A DNA stretch of 63,023 nucleotides, filler included, from Chiloscyllium plagiosum (GCF_004010195.1; 4 parts of one record of this genome joined end to end with filler, not necessarily neighbours in it); one strand, 5' to 3'. Counted from the whole stretch's first letter, positions 1 to 13,045 are shown. The notes: generated by a model from the sequence alone, not told the origin. A program made the numbers and translations.

Positions 1-39
1 CTGTTACTCAGCAATTGGAGCAGATCGTTTCATCTCTCA

Positions 40-130
40 ATCCTGTTACACAGGAAATGTAAGGGAATTTTGAGCCCTTTAAAACTGTTACATGGGAATA
101 CGGGGAGGACGGATTACTGAGCCGTGAGCA
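40..130 (+). repeat. Degenerate ~41-bp tandem units (CCTGTTACACAGGAA...AGGCCATTCAGCCCCT type)
   Basis: cctgttacacaggaa and actgttacatgggaa recur; the same motif occurs at ~7980-8130, 18500-18650, 40150-40380 and 42860-43200. Confidence 0.5.
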
Positions 131-269
131 GCGATACATTAGGGATAAATCAGTTTTTATCAGTTTCGCAAAAAATAACGACTGCAGTGACACACTGACC
201 AGTGCTGGAGTCTCAGCTATTTGCGAACAATATCAACGTTTTAGACACAACGAAGATTTTGATGTGGTT

Positions 270-470
270 GTTTGGCGGTGGCAAGGTGAGGGGTTGGGTA
301 TTTTGAGCTGTGCAACAAGAGGATGCCCTTTTTCCGAGAGGCCATCTGTGCTTTCTACATGGAGACAGGAAGACGATTGGAATGGCTATCTACTTCTGAA
401 TGAAGAGGTTGTGGTTGCTGCCAGGACAGGTTGCTGCACATATCAATGGAGTGAGAGATGGAGGGTCCAA
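270..470. repeat. Unclassified dispersed repeat, copy 1
   Basis: ggaatggctatctacttctgaatgaagaggttgtggttgctgccagga aligns by eye to 8350-8400 and 18868-18915. Confidence 0.45.
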
Positions 471-682
471 TTGTAAGAATTAGAACCTAAAATAAAGGCA
501 TTGCCAGATTAGCTGAAATCGTTACCTCTGTCACATTCTCAAACCACCTCACAGACACAATAAACCCAGAGGTGATACATGTTCAGCACAGAGAATTGTG
601 TAGCCCACGCACTGCTCAGTCCAAACCCAGCAACCTGTCGAGGGCAGAAAACTGTCAAGATTACACCAGTGCATTAAATTAT

Positions 683-840
683 AAAGGTGAGAGTGAGGTC
701 TGCAGATGCCGGAGATCAGAGTTGAGAGTGTGACGTTGGAAAAACACAGCACGTCAGGCAGCTTCCGAGGTGCAGGAAAATCTCCAAGATTTTCGTGAAA
801 CTTGGATGTTGCCTGACTCATTGACTTTTAATAGCTCCAG
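683..840. mobile_element. Penelope-terminus fold-back remnant with the ribozyme core absent
   Basis: gagagtgaggtctgcagatgccggagatcagag matches 47033-47070; 753-782 and 788-817 are inverted (24/30 identical) around a 5-nt spacer. Confidence 0.75.
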
Positions 841-844
841 CACG

Positions 845-1192
845 GGATGTTGTGCGGACCATAGCTCTGCATTGATCTATAAACCTGGACGAGATATAAT
901 CCCAGAAACGGCGGTTACGCAGACCACAGCTGTGCCGGTCTAAACCCGGACTAGATATCTGCACCGTACTGGAATCTATGCAGACCACAGCAGTGTATTG
1001 ATCTTTAAACCCGGACTAGATATCTGTCCAGTACTGGGAGCTATGCACACCTCAGCAGTCCAATCATCTATAATCCCGTACGACATATCTGTCAACCAGA
1101 GGGAGGTATGCAGACCAGAGGAGCGTTGATCTGTAAACACTGATTGCATACCTGTCCAGCACAGGAAACTGCGCAGACCACAGCAGTGCAAT
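845..1192. repeat. Tandem repeat, ~60-65-bp unit, ~5-6 copies
   Basis: gcagaccacagc...taaacccggactagatatctg recurs at ~60-65-bp spacing. Confidence 0.8.
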
Positions 1193-1584
1193 TGTATACA
1201 GAACAGTCTTAGGAAAGCACTACGGAAGAGGTTAAGTTAGAATTTTCTGGCACTTGCTCTAACGTTCAATCTTTCTTTGATGTACTATTCAAATTTACAA
1301 TGGGAACGGATTGTAAACTCCTGAAGCAAACCCAATGACAGCAAACAGGGGCATCGTCATCTCGTTTTGTTAATATCTCAGGAACAGCATTGCAAAAAAT
1401 TGGACAAATCTGCTCTGAGACTCGAAAGTCATTCTTTGAACAGGGAACGAGCTGTGTGATTTCTACAGATGGCGGCATCTCTCAGCTCATTATTTCTTTT
1501 TCTTTTTTTTTACACTTAGTGGAAGCATTTTATCCCCAAAATGTAAGTTTTAACGTTGCACCAGTGGGATTAGGAGGAGGTCAG

Positions 1585-3395
1585 TTCCAGACAGGACTTT
1601 GGTTTTGGAAGGTGAGGACTCAGGATTTGGAGCACAGTGCGGCCTGGTAACTGAGCCCGAAGTGCTCTGGAGACTGGGCCTAGTGAAACCTGGAGACGGA
1701 TGCCAGTGTGGTCTGGAAACTGGGTCTGGTGCGTTCTGGAGACATGGCATGGTGTGATCTGGAGATTGGCATTGCTGCAGTCTGGAGACTTGGCCTGGTG
1801 CAGCCTGGATACTTGAGCAATATACAGTCTGGAAACTCGGCCCGGTGCAGCCTGGAGAACGCACCTGGTGGGGTCTGCAGTCTGGGCCCAGTGCGATCTG
1901 GAGGCTGGACCCGGTGAGGTCTGAAAACTGGGCATGGCGTGGGGTCGAGAGACTGGGTATGGTGCCTCGTCCCATTGCAGTCTGTGGACTGGGCCACTGT
2001 GGCCTGGAGATTAGGCCATGTGCGGTCTGGAGACTGGGCCCGACACAGACTGGGACCAGTGCAGTCTGGAGACTAGGTTCGGCGCGTTCTGGAGAGTGGT
2101 GCTGTGCAACTTTGTGACTGGGCCCATTGCCCTCTCGAGTCTGGGCTAGTTGCAGTTTGCAGACTGCGGCCAGTGTGATCCGGACACTTGCATGGAGAGT
2201 GTGTCCAGTGTCGCCTGGAGACTCGGTCAGAAGCAGATGGAGACTGGACAAGTTGCGGCCTGGAAACTTTGCCTGTTGGGGCCTGGAGACTTGGCCCTAT
2301 ACATCCAGGATGCTGGGCCTGTTGTGTTCTGAAGACGGGCCCCGAAGCGGTGTAGAGACTGGGGCTGGAAACAGAGACCTTCTTTCATATGGACAATGGA
2401 GTGAATCTGCCTGGAGACTCGTGCTGGCGCTGCCAGGAGACTGGACCTGGTGCAGACAGGACACTGGGCCTGGTGCGCCTGCAGACTGGGCCCAGAATCG
2501 TCTGGAGACGAGGCCATGTGCACGCTGGCGACTGGGGCTGGTGTGCTCTTGACACCAGCCTGAGGCGTCCAGTGGGGCCACTGGGGTCAGGGCCTGTTAC
2601 AGCCTGGAGTTTCGTCCTGATGTGATCTTGAGACTCGGCATTGTGAGGTCTAATGACTGTGTCTAGGTTGGTCAAAACGGTTGGCCAAGCACGGTCTGGA
2701 GTCTGTGGCTAATATGGCCTGGAGACTGAGGCCATTGTGCTCTCAATACAGGCCCATCACGCGCTGGAGCAGTCCATCTCGGTCTGGAGATTGGGCCAGG
2801 TGCGTCCTGGCTACTGGGGTTGCAATGGTCTGGAGACTCTGCCCAGAACAGTTTTGAGACTGGAACGTGTGGTCTGAAGACGGGGACCAGTGTAGTCTGC
2901 AAACTGGACCCAGTGTGTTCTTGAGACTGGGCCCGCTTCAGCCTGGAGACTGAACCCAGAGTGCTCTGGAGACTGCGACTGGAGACAGCGCATAGCGCAG
3001 CTTGGAGACTGTAGCCAGTGTGTACTGGTCACTGGGCAAGTGCGGCCTCGAGGCTAGACCCAGCACGCTCTGTTGACTGGGCCCAATGTGGTTTGGAGAC
3101 TGGCCCCTTTGCAGTCTGGAGATTTGCCTGGGGCTGCCTGGCGACTGGGCCCAGTGCGTTCTGAAAAATGATTCTGGAGACAGGGTCCAGTGCTGTCTGG
3201 CGAGTGGGCCTGGCGTACTCTAGTGACTCGACCCGGTGTGTTCTGGAGCCTGTGCGCAGTGCAACCTGGAGATTGTGGTTGGTATGATCTGGATACTGGC
3301 CCGGTACAGCGGGGAGACTGGGCCCAGTGCAGTTTGGCGACTGGACCTGGTGCGGTGTGGAGACCGGGCCCGTGCCCTCGAAAGACTCGGCCCGA
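1585..3395. repeat. GC-rich minisatellite, ~23-bp unit (consensus CTGGAGACTGGGCCCAGTGCGGT)
   Basis: ctggagactgggcc core repeated throughout ~1.8 kb; accounts for the stacked overlapping ORFs. Confidence 0.92.
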
Positions 3396-3439
3396 TTCAT
3401 TCAATAAGATGGTGGCTGGTCTGATCTCCAGATATTCGA

Positions 3440-3973
3440 ATCCAATCTAGTCCCACCTGCCAGCACCGAGCCAATGTCCCTCCAAATCATTCCTGTGCAT
3501 ATGTACATCCAAATGCCTTTTAAATGTTGCAATTGCAGGAGCCTCCACCACTTAGTCTAGCAGCTTATTCCATACACAAATCACCCTACCATATCCACCC
3601 AATTGTTCTTAGAGATTACAGATATCTCCTTACAAATTTGTTTCTCAATTTCCCTCTGACTATTAGGGGGTTCATAATAATACAATCACAATAAGGTAAT
3701 CATCCATTTCTTATTTCTCAGTTTAACCCAAATAACTTCCGTGGATGAATTTCCAGGAATAACAGCCCTCACTACATCTGTAATCCTATCCCTTATCAAA
3801 TAAGCTACTCCCTCTCCTGTCTTGGCTCCCTTTCTATTCTTCCTGTAGCATTTGTGTCCTGGAACCTTAATCTACCAGTCCTGTCCATCCCTGAACCATG
3901 TTTCTGTAAATGCTATGATATCCCAATCCCATGTTCTTTGTTCCTAACTATGCCCTGAGTTCATCTGCCTTTC
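3440..3973 (-). mobile_element. CR1-clade LINE fragments (3' end plus endonuclease-region piece)
   Basis: ccaatctagtcccacctgccagcac...gcctccaccac matches the CR1 3' end at 34140-34270; tgctatgatatccca reads WDIIA on the minus strand. Confidence 0.7.
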
Positions 3974-4278
3974 GGGGCAGCACTGTGGCTCAGGGTTAGC
4001 ACTGTTGCCTCATAGGGCCAAGGACCCGGGTTTAATTCTCACCTCTGGCAACTGTCTGCGTGGAATTACAAATTCTCTGCGTGGGTTTCCTCCGGTTGCG
4101 ACAGTTTGCTCCCAAAATCCAAAGATGTGCACGTTAGGTGAATTGGCCATGATAAACTACCCATGCAAATGTAAATTGTAAATAAACTTGAAATGGGTCT
4201 GGGTGGGTTGCTCTTTGGTGGGTCGATGTGGACTTGTTGGGCTGTAGGGCCTGTTTCCACACTGTAGGGAATTCAAAA
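3974..4278 (+). mobile_element. HE1-type tRNA-derived SINE
   Basis: A-box-like tggctcagggttagc and B-box-like gggtttaattc; 3' tail gttgggctgtagggcctgtttccacactgtag is shared with CR1 3' ends. Confidence 0.85.
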
Positions 4279-4329
4279 ATTCCCTGTTCGGCCCCTCGCA
4301 TTGAAATAAATAACGTTCAATTTGTCAGG

Positions 4330-5115
4330 GAGAGTCCACCACTGCTACTGGCAGGGCATTCCATGAACTCACGACTCGCTGAGTAAAGAATCTACCCCTA
4401 ACATCTGTCCTATACCTACCACCCCTAAATTTAAGGCTATGCCCCCTCGTAATAGCTGACTCCATACATGGAAAAAGGTTCTTATGGTCAACCCTATCTA
4501 AACCCCTAAATCATCTTGTACACCTCTATCAAGTCACCCCAAACCTTCTTTTCTCCAACGAAAACAGCCCCAAGTGCCTCAGCCTTTCTTCATACGATCT
4601 TCCTACCATACCAGGCAACATCCTGGTAAACCTCCTCTGCACCCGTTCCAGTGCCACCACATCCTTCCTATAGTATGGCATTGAACTCCATTTGCCACCT
4701 TTCTGCCCAGCTCTGCAGCTTATCTATATCCCACTGTAACCTTACACATCCTTCCTCACTGTCAACAACTCCACCGACTTTCGTATCATCTGCAAACTTG
4801 CTCAGCCAACCTTCTAGCTCCTCTTCCAGGTCATTTATAAAAATGACAAACAGCAATGGTCCCAAAACAGATCCTTGCGGAACACCACTAGTAACTGCAC
4901 TCCTAGATGAACCTTTACCATCAACGACTACCCTCTGTCTTCTTCCAGCCAGCCAATTCCTAATCCAAATCTCCAACCCACCCTCAATGCCATACCTCCG
5001 TATTTTTTGCAGTAGTCTACCATGGGGAACCTTATCAAACGCCTTACTAAATTCCATATACACGACATCTACCGTTTCACCCTCGTCTACCTCCTTAGTC
5101 ACCTTCTCAAAGAAT
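4330..5115 (-). mobile_element. CR1 LINE ORF2 reverse-transcriptase fragment, internally deleted
   Basis: ORF 4668-5102 has [26 protein letters not shown] and KFADDTK; joined directly to a more 3' CR1 segment at ~4680. Confidence 0.93.
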
Positions 5116-5689
5116 TTTGTGTTCTTCTCCCTTTTAAAATTGCTTCAGATTTGACATTTTCCCCCAACGTTACAAACCAATGCAACAACATATCAAACAA
5201 AAATTGTTTCTCTTCGAATTCAAGCGAATCACATCCATGACGTAAAACACCTCAAAAAATGAGTAGCTATTACAGCCACCTTGGATTATGCATGAGCTGA
5301 GCGATATCTTATTGCCTCTGTACAAGGCATCGTGGAGACAACATCTGATGTATTGGATGCAGTTTTGATACCCGAAAGTGAAAGAAAGATACACAATTGC
5401 TTTCAAATCTTTTCAAAGATATTTACTCATTCTTGCGGAGAAGGCATCATATTATGAAGGATTCACAGTTAAGGCCTAAGAATGAGGGATGTTCTTATTA
5501 ACCATACAAGGCATTGAGTAGAGTGCAGCTGGTAAATGATGAATTGAAATAATCTGGAAAAGTAATTTAAGAAGAAGGTACATTCATTTTAACACGATAT
5601 TGCGAAGACATTAAAAGTTTTATTTTTAAATTACGTAAGCACATGTAAATATATATCTTAAAATAAAGTCAGGCTATTATCTCAAAGTG

Positions 5690-6520
5690 CAGATGACCTT
5701 GATCAGATGAGACAATGGGCCAAGTAGTTCCAAATGCGTTTGATTTAGATAACTGTGAGGTGTCACATTTTGGTAAGGTGAAACAGCGCAGGACTTATAC
5801 AGTTAATGTTTGGGTCCTGGAGACTATTGTTGAACAAAACGTTGGAGGGTGATAGTTCGTTGAAAATGGAATCGCAGGTAGACAGGGCGGCGCAGAAAGT
5901 GTTTGATATATTTGCCTTTATTGGTTACAGCATTGAGTGTGGGAGTTGGGACGTCACGTTGCGTCAGAACAGGACGTTGGTGAGACCACATTTAGAATAC
6001 TGCGTTTAATTCGCTCCACTCTGTTATATGAAGAATGTCGTTAAATCTGGGAGGATGCAGAAAAGATTTGAAATGATGTTGCTGGGACTGTAGGGATAGA
6101 AAAAAGGGAGAGACTTCAAACTGAGGTGTTTTTACACTGGAGCATAGCAGCCTGAAAGGTGACATTATAGAGGTTGATAACATCGTCAGAGGCATGATCG
6201 TATGAATAACCAAGGTCTATTTTCTAGAATAGTGGAGTCCACAAATAGATGGCAAAGTATTGCAGCAAGAAGAGAAAGATTTAATAGGTACTGGCACCAA
6301 CTTGAAGCAGTGTGTGGTGCATGTGTGGAGTGAGCTGGTTGAAGAAGTGGTGGAGGCAGGTAAAATTAAAGCATTTAAAATAATCTGAATTTTTATATGA
6401 ATAGGAAGAATTTAGAAGGATATGGAATACAGCTTGCAAATTGGACTGGATCAGATTAGGATTTATTGTCAGCGTGAATTAGTGGGACCACAGGGGCTGT
6501 TTCTATGCTCAATTGTTCTA
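5690..6520 (+). mobile_element. CR1 LINE 3' part, degenerate
   Basis: ORF 5806-6009 ends RTLVRPHLEYCV; terminal ggggctgtttctatgct. Confidence 0.85.
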
Positions 6521-7399
6521 TATGGATGAGTAGAAATTCTAAAAGGGACTTTGGAGTGTGAATTTGCTTCACCAGAATTTTGTGCTCTCTTCTGTTGACA
6601 TTTATTTAAAACTGTGTTAGTTACATATCTGACAGAGAGTGATAATGTGATACTTAAAGGAAAGTGGAGTTGAGGCCACAAGCCTAACAGCCACAATCTC
6701 AATGTCTGACGGAGAAGCTAAAAAGTGTCTCATGACCTACTCCTGTTGCTCAGTCTTATATCCAAATTTTCCATTCAGCTCCTCAAACCAGCAGACTGGC
6801 GGAGTTGGAGGCCACATACTCCTACAGCCTAGTGCACAGAAACAGATGAGACCATTCAGCCCCTCACGACCGTCACACATGCTTTGTATAATTAAAGAAA
6901 TATATTGTAAAAATGTGGCCCTTCATCTTTCTTTACACAGCTTCCCCTCTCTGCAACATGTGCTTCATTATTTCTATGGTCATGTGTAGACCCAGATTCA
7001 TTGTTACTGCAGTCCCCATATTTCACCCAGAGATGGCTTACAAAATATTCTGGTCCCTCTGACTACAACACTCAAAAACAGCACCTCCAGTAAAATATAA
7101 TTCAAAACTTGACAAAAACAGAATGAAAAAGATCAGAAACAGGAGCCCGTTTCACCTCAAGCCTGACTTGCCCTTCACTAACATTGTGGCTGATCTGCTG
7201 TTTGTCTCAATTCCTCTTTCATACATAATTCTTCATAGCCCTCACCACGCTGACAGGTCGAAGTCCGTCGAATTACTTTATAAATACTTCCAGTGATTTA
7301 GCTCACTAATTCTGTGGAATAAGGAATTCCTGACAATCACTACCACCTGTTTGAAGAAAATATTCCCTGCTTCCACAGCATGACCTATTGATACGAATA

Positions 7400-7670
7400 C
7401 AAGAGGTGACTACTAGGCTTCACTAAGAGCCGGTGGCATTAATATCAAGGCAGTATTTGACTGAGAAATGCATCAAGAACCATTAGCAAATTGTACTACT
7501 CGCGAATCGATTGTAAGCTCCCCACTGTTTCGAGTAATTCACAACACAAGTGAAGATGTTTTTCATCTGTACGCATCAATAATCTCATCCGTGGAACATC
7601 TCTGCAGAAGGTCCTCAGGGTAGCTTCCTCACCCCAGGCATCTCCAGTTTGTCATCGGACCATCCTTACA
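7400..7670 (+). mobile_element. Degenerate LINE RT fragment
   Basis: gcattaatatcaaggcagtatttgac (LDIKAAFD-like) and catctctgcagaaggtcctcagggtagc (ISAGVPQGS-like). Confidence 0.55.
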
Positions 7671-7979
7671 GTCAGTGGAAATAGGCCATTCAACCAATTG
7701 AGTCCACTGCGATCAGAAGGAGAGATTTGTACTGAGGACCACATAAACTTCAGAACAAATTGTCATCCCTCAGTACTGAAGTAGTCTGTGTCCATTTACA
7801 CAACATTCAATATTATGCTGTTAAATTGTCGGCAACACTCGTGTAACAGAGTAACACGTGGTCATAGTAAATGGAGGAACTCGCTCAGCATATAATTCTA
7901 GTTTTCACAAGAATGTAGGAAAGCAATTCAACCCGTCAAAACTATTAGACAAGAGAAAGCATACCTCATTAAAACACTC

Positions 7980-8445
7980 TGCCTGTTACACAGGAAGAGA
8001 AGGAATTTCATCAGCTCCACATATCATTTAAACAGGATCGGAAAGAGACCATTTCGCAACTGAAGTCACTTAGGAAGAGGAAGAGGCCTTTAAGCCCTTC
8101 AAGTCACTTACATAGGAACAGGAAGGTGTCAGAGATGGTCCAAAGTCACAAACAAATAGAGCATGAACTGCAAAGGCAGGCTGGTACACTTGCATCCTCT
8201 TTGCTTCATGACTCGTAGTAAGATTGCTTTAATATAGAATGGTTTTCTGGCAGTAGGAATGAATCCAATCTTTTTAACCATTCTGCAAGGCGTCTTCCAT
8301 CCCCACGAAGGCAGTCCCTTGGCCTACACGGAGGTCAGAAACTGGTGGGGAATGGCTAACTGTTTCAGATTGAAGATGTTGTTGCGGCTGACAGGACTGT
8401 TTTGAACGTGTTCAGTGCAGGTTCACACAGCAACTGCACATTAAA
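7980..8445. repeat. ~41-bp tandem units followed by unclassified dispersed repeat, copy 2
   Basis: ggaggtcagaaactggtggggaatggctaactgtttcaga is nearly identical to 18851-18888. Confidence 0.6.
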
Positions 8446-8749
8446 GTGTTCAGATTTCCTTCAAAGCCTAGACCTCTCTGTGTATCGACATGGGGGCTCT
8501 GCAGTGGCACAGAAACTGTACGGAATCAAAAAACTAATGAAAAGAATGGAATTTATACCCTATTGAGCTGTTTGGGACAGAATGAATGTCCATCCATAAT
8601 AATGAAGTTTCAACTTCTCAATGTCTCACAGTACTACATGTACTTTTCATCAATAGCACTCCCAACCTCTCACAATATAATAAAAATAAATGTGAATGAT
8701 GATATTTGTTGTTAACATGTGAACAGTTTTTATACCTTGTCAACATCTT

Positions 8750-9450
8750 TTGCCCAAACGCTGATCCTTTGGGTGCCCAGCACGCCTTCAATCCTGAAGA
8801 TAAAGCACTACTCTCTTCATTTTCTACAGTATCCAATTTTTAATACATATGGTATATGTTCCACCCCAATTAACCTATAGAGTCGAAAATTCTCCACACA
8901 CCTTTACTCAACCTTGTCACCCATCTTCTTAAAATGCAAACAATCCACTCCCACTAGTTCTAACTTGTTGATGTCACGATGGACAACCTCCACAAACTCC
9001 AAGGTGTGTATCATAGATCATATCCCTTTCCTGAATAGAGGCCGAATATACGAGATCATATCATTATTCTATTAATATCTAGTCGACACAATCCTTATGA
9101 AATTGTCCAATATTTTACTCACAGGTTTACATCGAGGTTTCCACTCTTTAATTTACTGTTTTCACTCCCCTCCCTGTTTTAAATAGTTAGGTTCACTATA
9201 GCTGCTTTCCATTCTGCAGAATCCTTTCCAGGCTCTAACCAGCTTTGAAGAATAATCAGTAAGACTTCCAAGAGCTCTATCGCCACCTCCTCAATACTCT
9301 GGAAAGTAGCTCATCAAATGCAGCAACTTAGCAAGGTCCAGTTCAGTTAGACTTTCAAAAATATACACTTCATTGATTCTAATTTCCTGCAGTTCATTAT
9401 TTTTATCAGTACCCATGATTTCTGGAAGATTGTTTCTGTAACCTTTCCTT
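8750..9450 (-). mobile_element. Highly decayed CR1 RT region
   Basis: ctgatcctttgggtgccc (GVPQGS reverse), ccttttactcaaccttgtca (KAF reverse), ttccattctgcagaatcctttcca (PEDW reverse). Confidence 0.55.
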
Positions 9451-10269
9451 TGGAGGTGGAACCAATGTATTCCTCTCAGATTGATTCTGTCAGCCCGTGA
9501 ATACATTGAAGGACGGCTCTCCAGAGACGGTGGACATGTAACCCACTCCTGCCTACGAACGTTCCAGACATGAAACAGTTCACTTCATTCCGAGTGTAAG
9601 CATAGCTCGGTTCCTGGTGTATGAACACAGTTTAAACTGAAGGAGTGAACACAGCTCAGTTGCTACATCGTTTTTGAAACAAAGTGGCTTCGCAATTTAC
9701 ACCTTAATGGTTCCAGTTTATTAAAAAAAAGATCCTCCAAATCCCAGTTCGGAAAGTAAATTACCCTGCTCTTCCCTATTTCCAGGGGTCCCCTTCTGTG
9801 TAGTCTTGGCTCCATTTGCTAACCATGGGCCAAACACTCAGGAAATTCAGTGTCAAGAGTGGGGTGACCAGACCCTCGGGACTCCCTGAATGAACTCAGC
9901 AACTGGCAACACAAACCCGAGAAATCCATCCACAGAGCCTTAATTGACATTTCAATGAAAGGAACAAGTCAATTCCCCAAACGCATTGTGCACCCATTTT
10001 CTGCCTGGCTGAGAAAGACGTTTCACTTCTGCACATTCCCACAGTAACAATTCCTCTCTCAAAAGAAGCAGTTGACAATGTAACATTACCTTACTCTGCA
10101 TCTCAACATCTATAAAGGCAGCACCAGTATTTCCAATAGATTTGGTCACCACATTCAGAGAAGAGATCGGGAGTGTACAAAATTCACTTTAAATAAGGAA
10201 GTACCTAAATGAAAATGATATTCTGGAATATGGGAAGAGCGGCAATGTTGGAATAACCTGTCAGTTTAT

Positions 10270-10575
10270 TTTTCTTCCAGTTCATCATCACCAATCCCTT
10301 CGCTTGCTTTTCATCTCTCTCGCTATCTCCCTCACGCTCTCTAACCACCCTCTCTCTCTATCTCTCTCTCGCTGGATACTTCGCATTTCGTTCAATTCAA
10401 ACTTCCTTCCCCACAACTCTCCCACCCCTCTGCAACCCAACCATCCCTGATACCTGCATAACTAATGTTGTTTTCCCGGTGATTTCTGTTCTGACTTAAG
10501 GTTTACTGGACTGGAATCATTATATATTTTTCTCCTGACAGAGGGTGCCATCCCTGCTGAGATTCTCAAACAGTT
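10270..10575 (+). mobile_element. Decayed Penelope-type terminal sequence
   Basis: Pyrimidine-rich tract, then ttctgacttaagg...cagagggtgccatccctgctgagattctc, similar to 22345-22440. Confidence 0.4.
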
Positions 10576-10611
10576 CAGACGCTGAAGATCTCCAGCACTG
10601 ACAGTTGCTTG

Positions 10612-10960
10612 GTTTATTTCACGGGATATCAGCATCACTGGCAAGGGGAACTTCTGTTTTCCATCTAAATTGATCCTGTCTGCGAGACCATTTGTCAAGA
10701 CATCATGGAGCCAAACATATTGTTGTGTGTCTGAAGTCAGACTTCGTCCAGACTGGGCAATAATGTTGTTTCATTTACCAAAGCCAATCAGTGAATTCAT
10801 GAAAGGTTTATGGATTCCTTTCGTAAATTAGATGTCATTCCAATTTTTTTCATTTAAATGTACGCTCTGTCATCGGCTGCGGTAGAATTTAAAACAATGC
10901 CTTTAAAGTCATCGCTTCTCCCTCTGTATTACACGTCCAGTGGCATTTCTACTCTTATAC
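10612..10960 (-). mobile_element. Old tRNA-headed SINE-like repeat
   Basis: Reverse-complement similarity to 24110-24340 (gtcactgga...aatccaga; ctggtct...gtgac.ccagacacacagc). Confidence 0.5.
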
Positions 10961-11372
10961 GTAGTCCCTCGTGAGAAATAACAGTAGAGTGAAGAACACG
11001 TTTGTTGTTAAAATAATTATAACTGCAAGTGTTGTCAGAAGAGAACTGGAGCCGTAATGTCCGAAGTGAACAAAGCGGTAGATCATTGTGATATCAGCAA
11101 AGGAGTGAGGCCGAGCTGGAGACTGGGGATATTTTTGGTGTGGGCGTGGGCACGCTTTGTGACAAAGAGAATACGGAGACGTAAAACAGTTCAGGGAGAC
11201 TCAAGATTCTGAACAGTTTTGTTCCTTCTTAGAGCCTGCTGAAGCGCATGGAAATGAAATGGAGTTTGCGACTGGAAATGAAGATAACAGTTTATGTATT
11301 TGCTAAATAACGAATAAACAAAACAGCAATAAACTTAGCCAGCGTTTTTAGAATTGACGGAAATAAGCTTAG

Positions 11373-11560
11373 CAGGAACAGGAACAATGGTGAGGATGTG
11401 CTCATAACCCACCTTCCGTCTGACACTCTAACCAGGTCCCTTCTAGAGAAAGCTCGTAAAGAGCCCAGTATAATCTCCTGTCCATTTTTGGAACATTCCA
11501 GTCTATCATTCTCAGATTCTGATCCACTGTAATCAGTTTCCAGTCTGTTGTTCTATGATT
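11373..11560 (-). pseudogene. Dead first coding exon of a GPR139-like receptor
   Basis: Reads VDQNLRMIDWNVPKMDRRLYW..., then a stop and a frameshift into HILTIVPVP (the family's YYPILAxxxVP TM1 start); donor is cctg|CTaagc instead of GT; homologous to 41669-42000. Confidence 0.65.
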
Positions 11561-11851
11561 CTCTTCCTCTCTCTCTGTGTAGCTGCTGAGACCAATCGTG
11601 TTGAGGATGACGCTGACGCTTTTACTATGGGAGAACAGTTTGAAGGAAGTCCCTTATTAATAGAAGAGGAAACCTTCAGTGTCGCGGTTAGGATTCTTGG
11701 AGCCTACCGTCAGGTGCAGTCACTGAAAAAACAGTTCCAGTTCACACATTTTACCACAAAGTTTATATATCTCTATAATATTTTGTCTGCTCCGCACGCT
11801 GATATCTCAGAACATTAGGCTAATGGCATGTCTGCAATTGTAAAGTTAGAG

Positions 11852-12625
11852 GTGACGGAGAGAGGTGATGCTTTCTCTTAAAAACCTCGAAGCTTCTACT
11901 GCGTTTTGGCAGGACAGGAAGTGTTGGGCTCACGACTTGGTCTGCGTCTGATCAATAGGCCTTCATCGTCCATATGTTTTATTAATTCATGTTTAGCTTT
12001 AACTTTTATCTTACCAGAATTTAATTGCTTATGTGGGCGTAGGCCTTTATTAAGAGGTTCTTACAGTGACGTAGGTAGTGTGGGTATGGTCCGGTCTTTG
12101 TGGGCGTTTTGGCAATGTGGAGTCGTGATCTGTTTCAGTGGAGGGATTGTCAAACTCTTGCAGAGCCAAGATTCGTATTTTGAGCTTTGTCCACTTATTG
12201 TTGGAAAGCAATAAATCTCTCCTGCTGCTACACTGTCTCTCTGTAATTTCTTTTAGAATTGTCTTTGATGCTTTTCCCTCCTGGACTGGAACAATACACG
12301 TGAGATAATCTGTTTTCTGAATTTGATTTTCACAGCTGTAAGTTTATAAGTTGTTACCATATTGGATCAGTTACTGTTTAGTAGTAAAACAATCTATTAT
12401 TCTCTGCAGTTGTCCAATGGAATTACCTTATTCCAAGCACATCTTACTTTTGTTGTAGTTTTTCTACAGTGTTTGATTAAATTGTGTTTTGCTTCATGTC
12501 AAAGATTTTGACCAACCGAATTGCATCGGAAACACATCACCTCACATTTGATTGAACATATTAAAACGATCAGATCGTGAATACCTTTATCATGTATTTT
12601 GAGGAGGTCTACCTGATCCATTACA
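11852..12625. mobile_element. Probable solo LTR (Gypsy-like)
   Basis: ~770-bp non-coding block ending ...ctgatccattaCA, with AGAG on both sides (11848-11851, 12626-12629); similar to 33990-34065; the 5' TG is not intact. Confidence 0.4.
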
Positions 12626-12859
12626 AGAGGGATAGATATTTATGGTTTCCTTCGATAATTACTTAATGGACTTCGTATTGCGGAAATACGGTGTTTGACA
12701 GTGGAAGAGGACGAGCTGGAGTTGTGATATATCAAGAGTTATATCGGATACTCAATCCAGCTCACAGATCAGGACAGGATAACTATAAACACAAATGAGA
12801 TATCGGCTCAGCCTGGACCACTGTGCAGACCAGGCTCAGTGCAACACAGCAATCTGCCC

Positions 12860-13045
12860 AGGACGCATTACTGTGCAGGCCTCACCAGTCCTCGAGTTAT
12901 CTGTCCAACATGGGGGGCAGTTCAGACCACACCGGTGCACTGATTTCTAAACCCAGAAGCAAGGATCTGTCCAGCATGTGGAGATATGCAGACCACACCA
13001 CTGTCTTGCGTTAAAAACAGGGTTAAGGTATCTATTCAGTATGGA
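12860..13045. repeat. Second cluster of the ~62-bp repeat seen at 845-1192
   Basis: cagaccacacc...ctaaacccag...atctgtccagca...atgcagaccaca. Confidence 0.6.
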
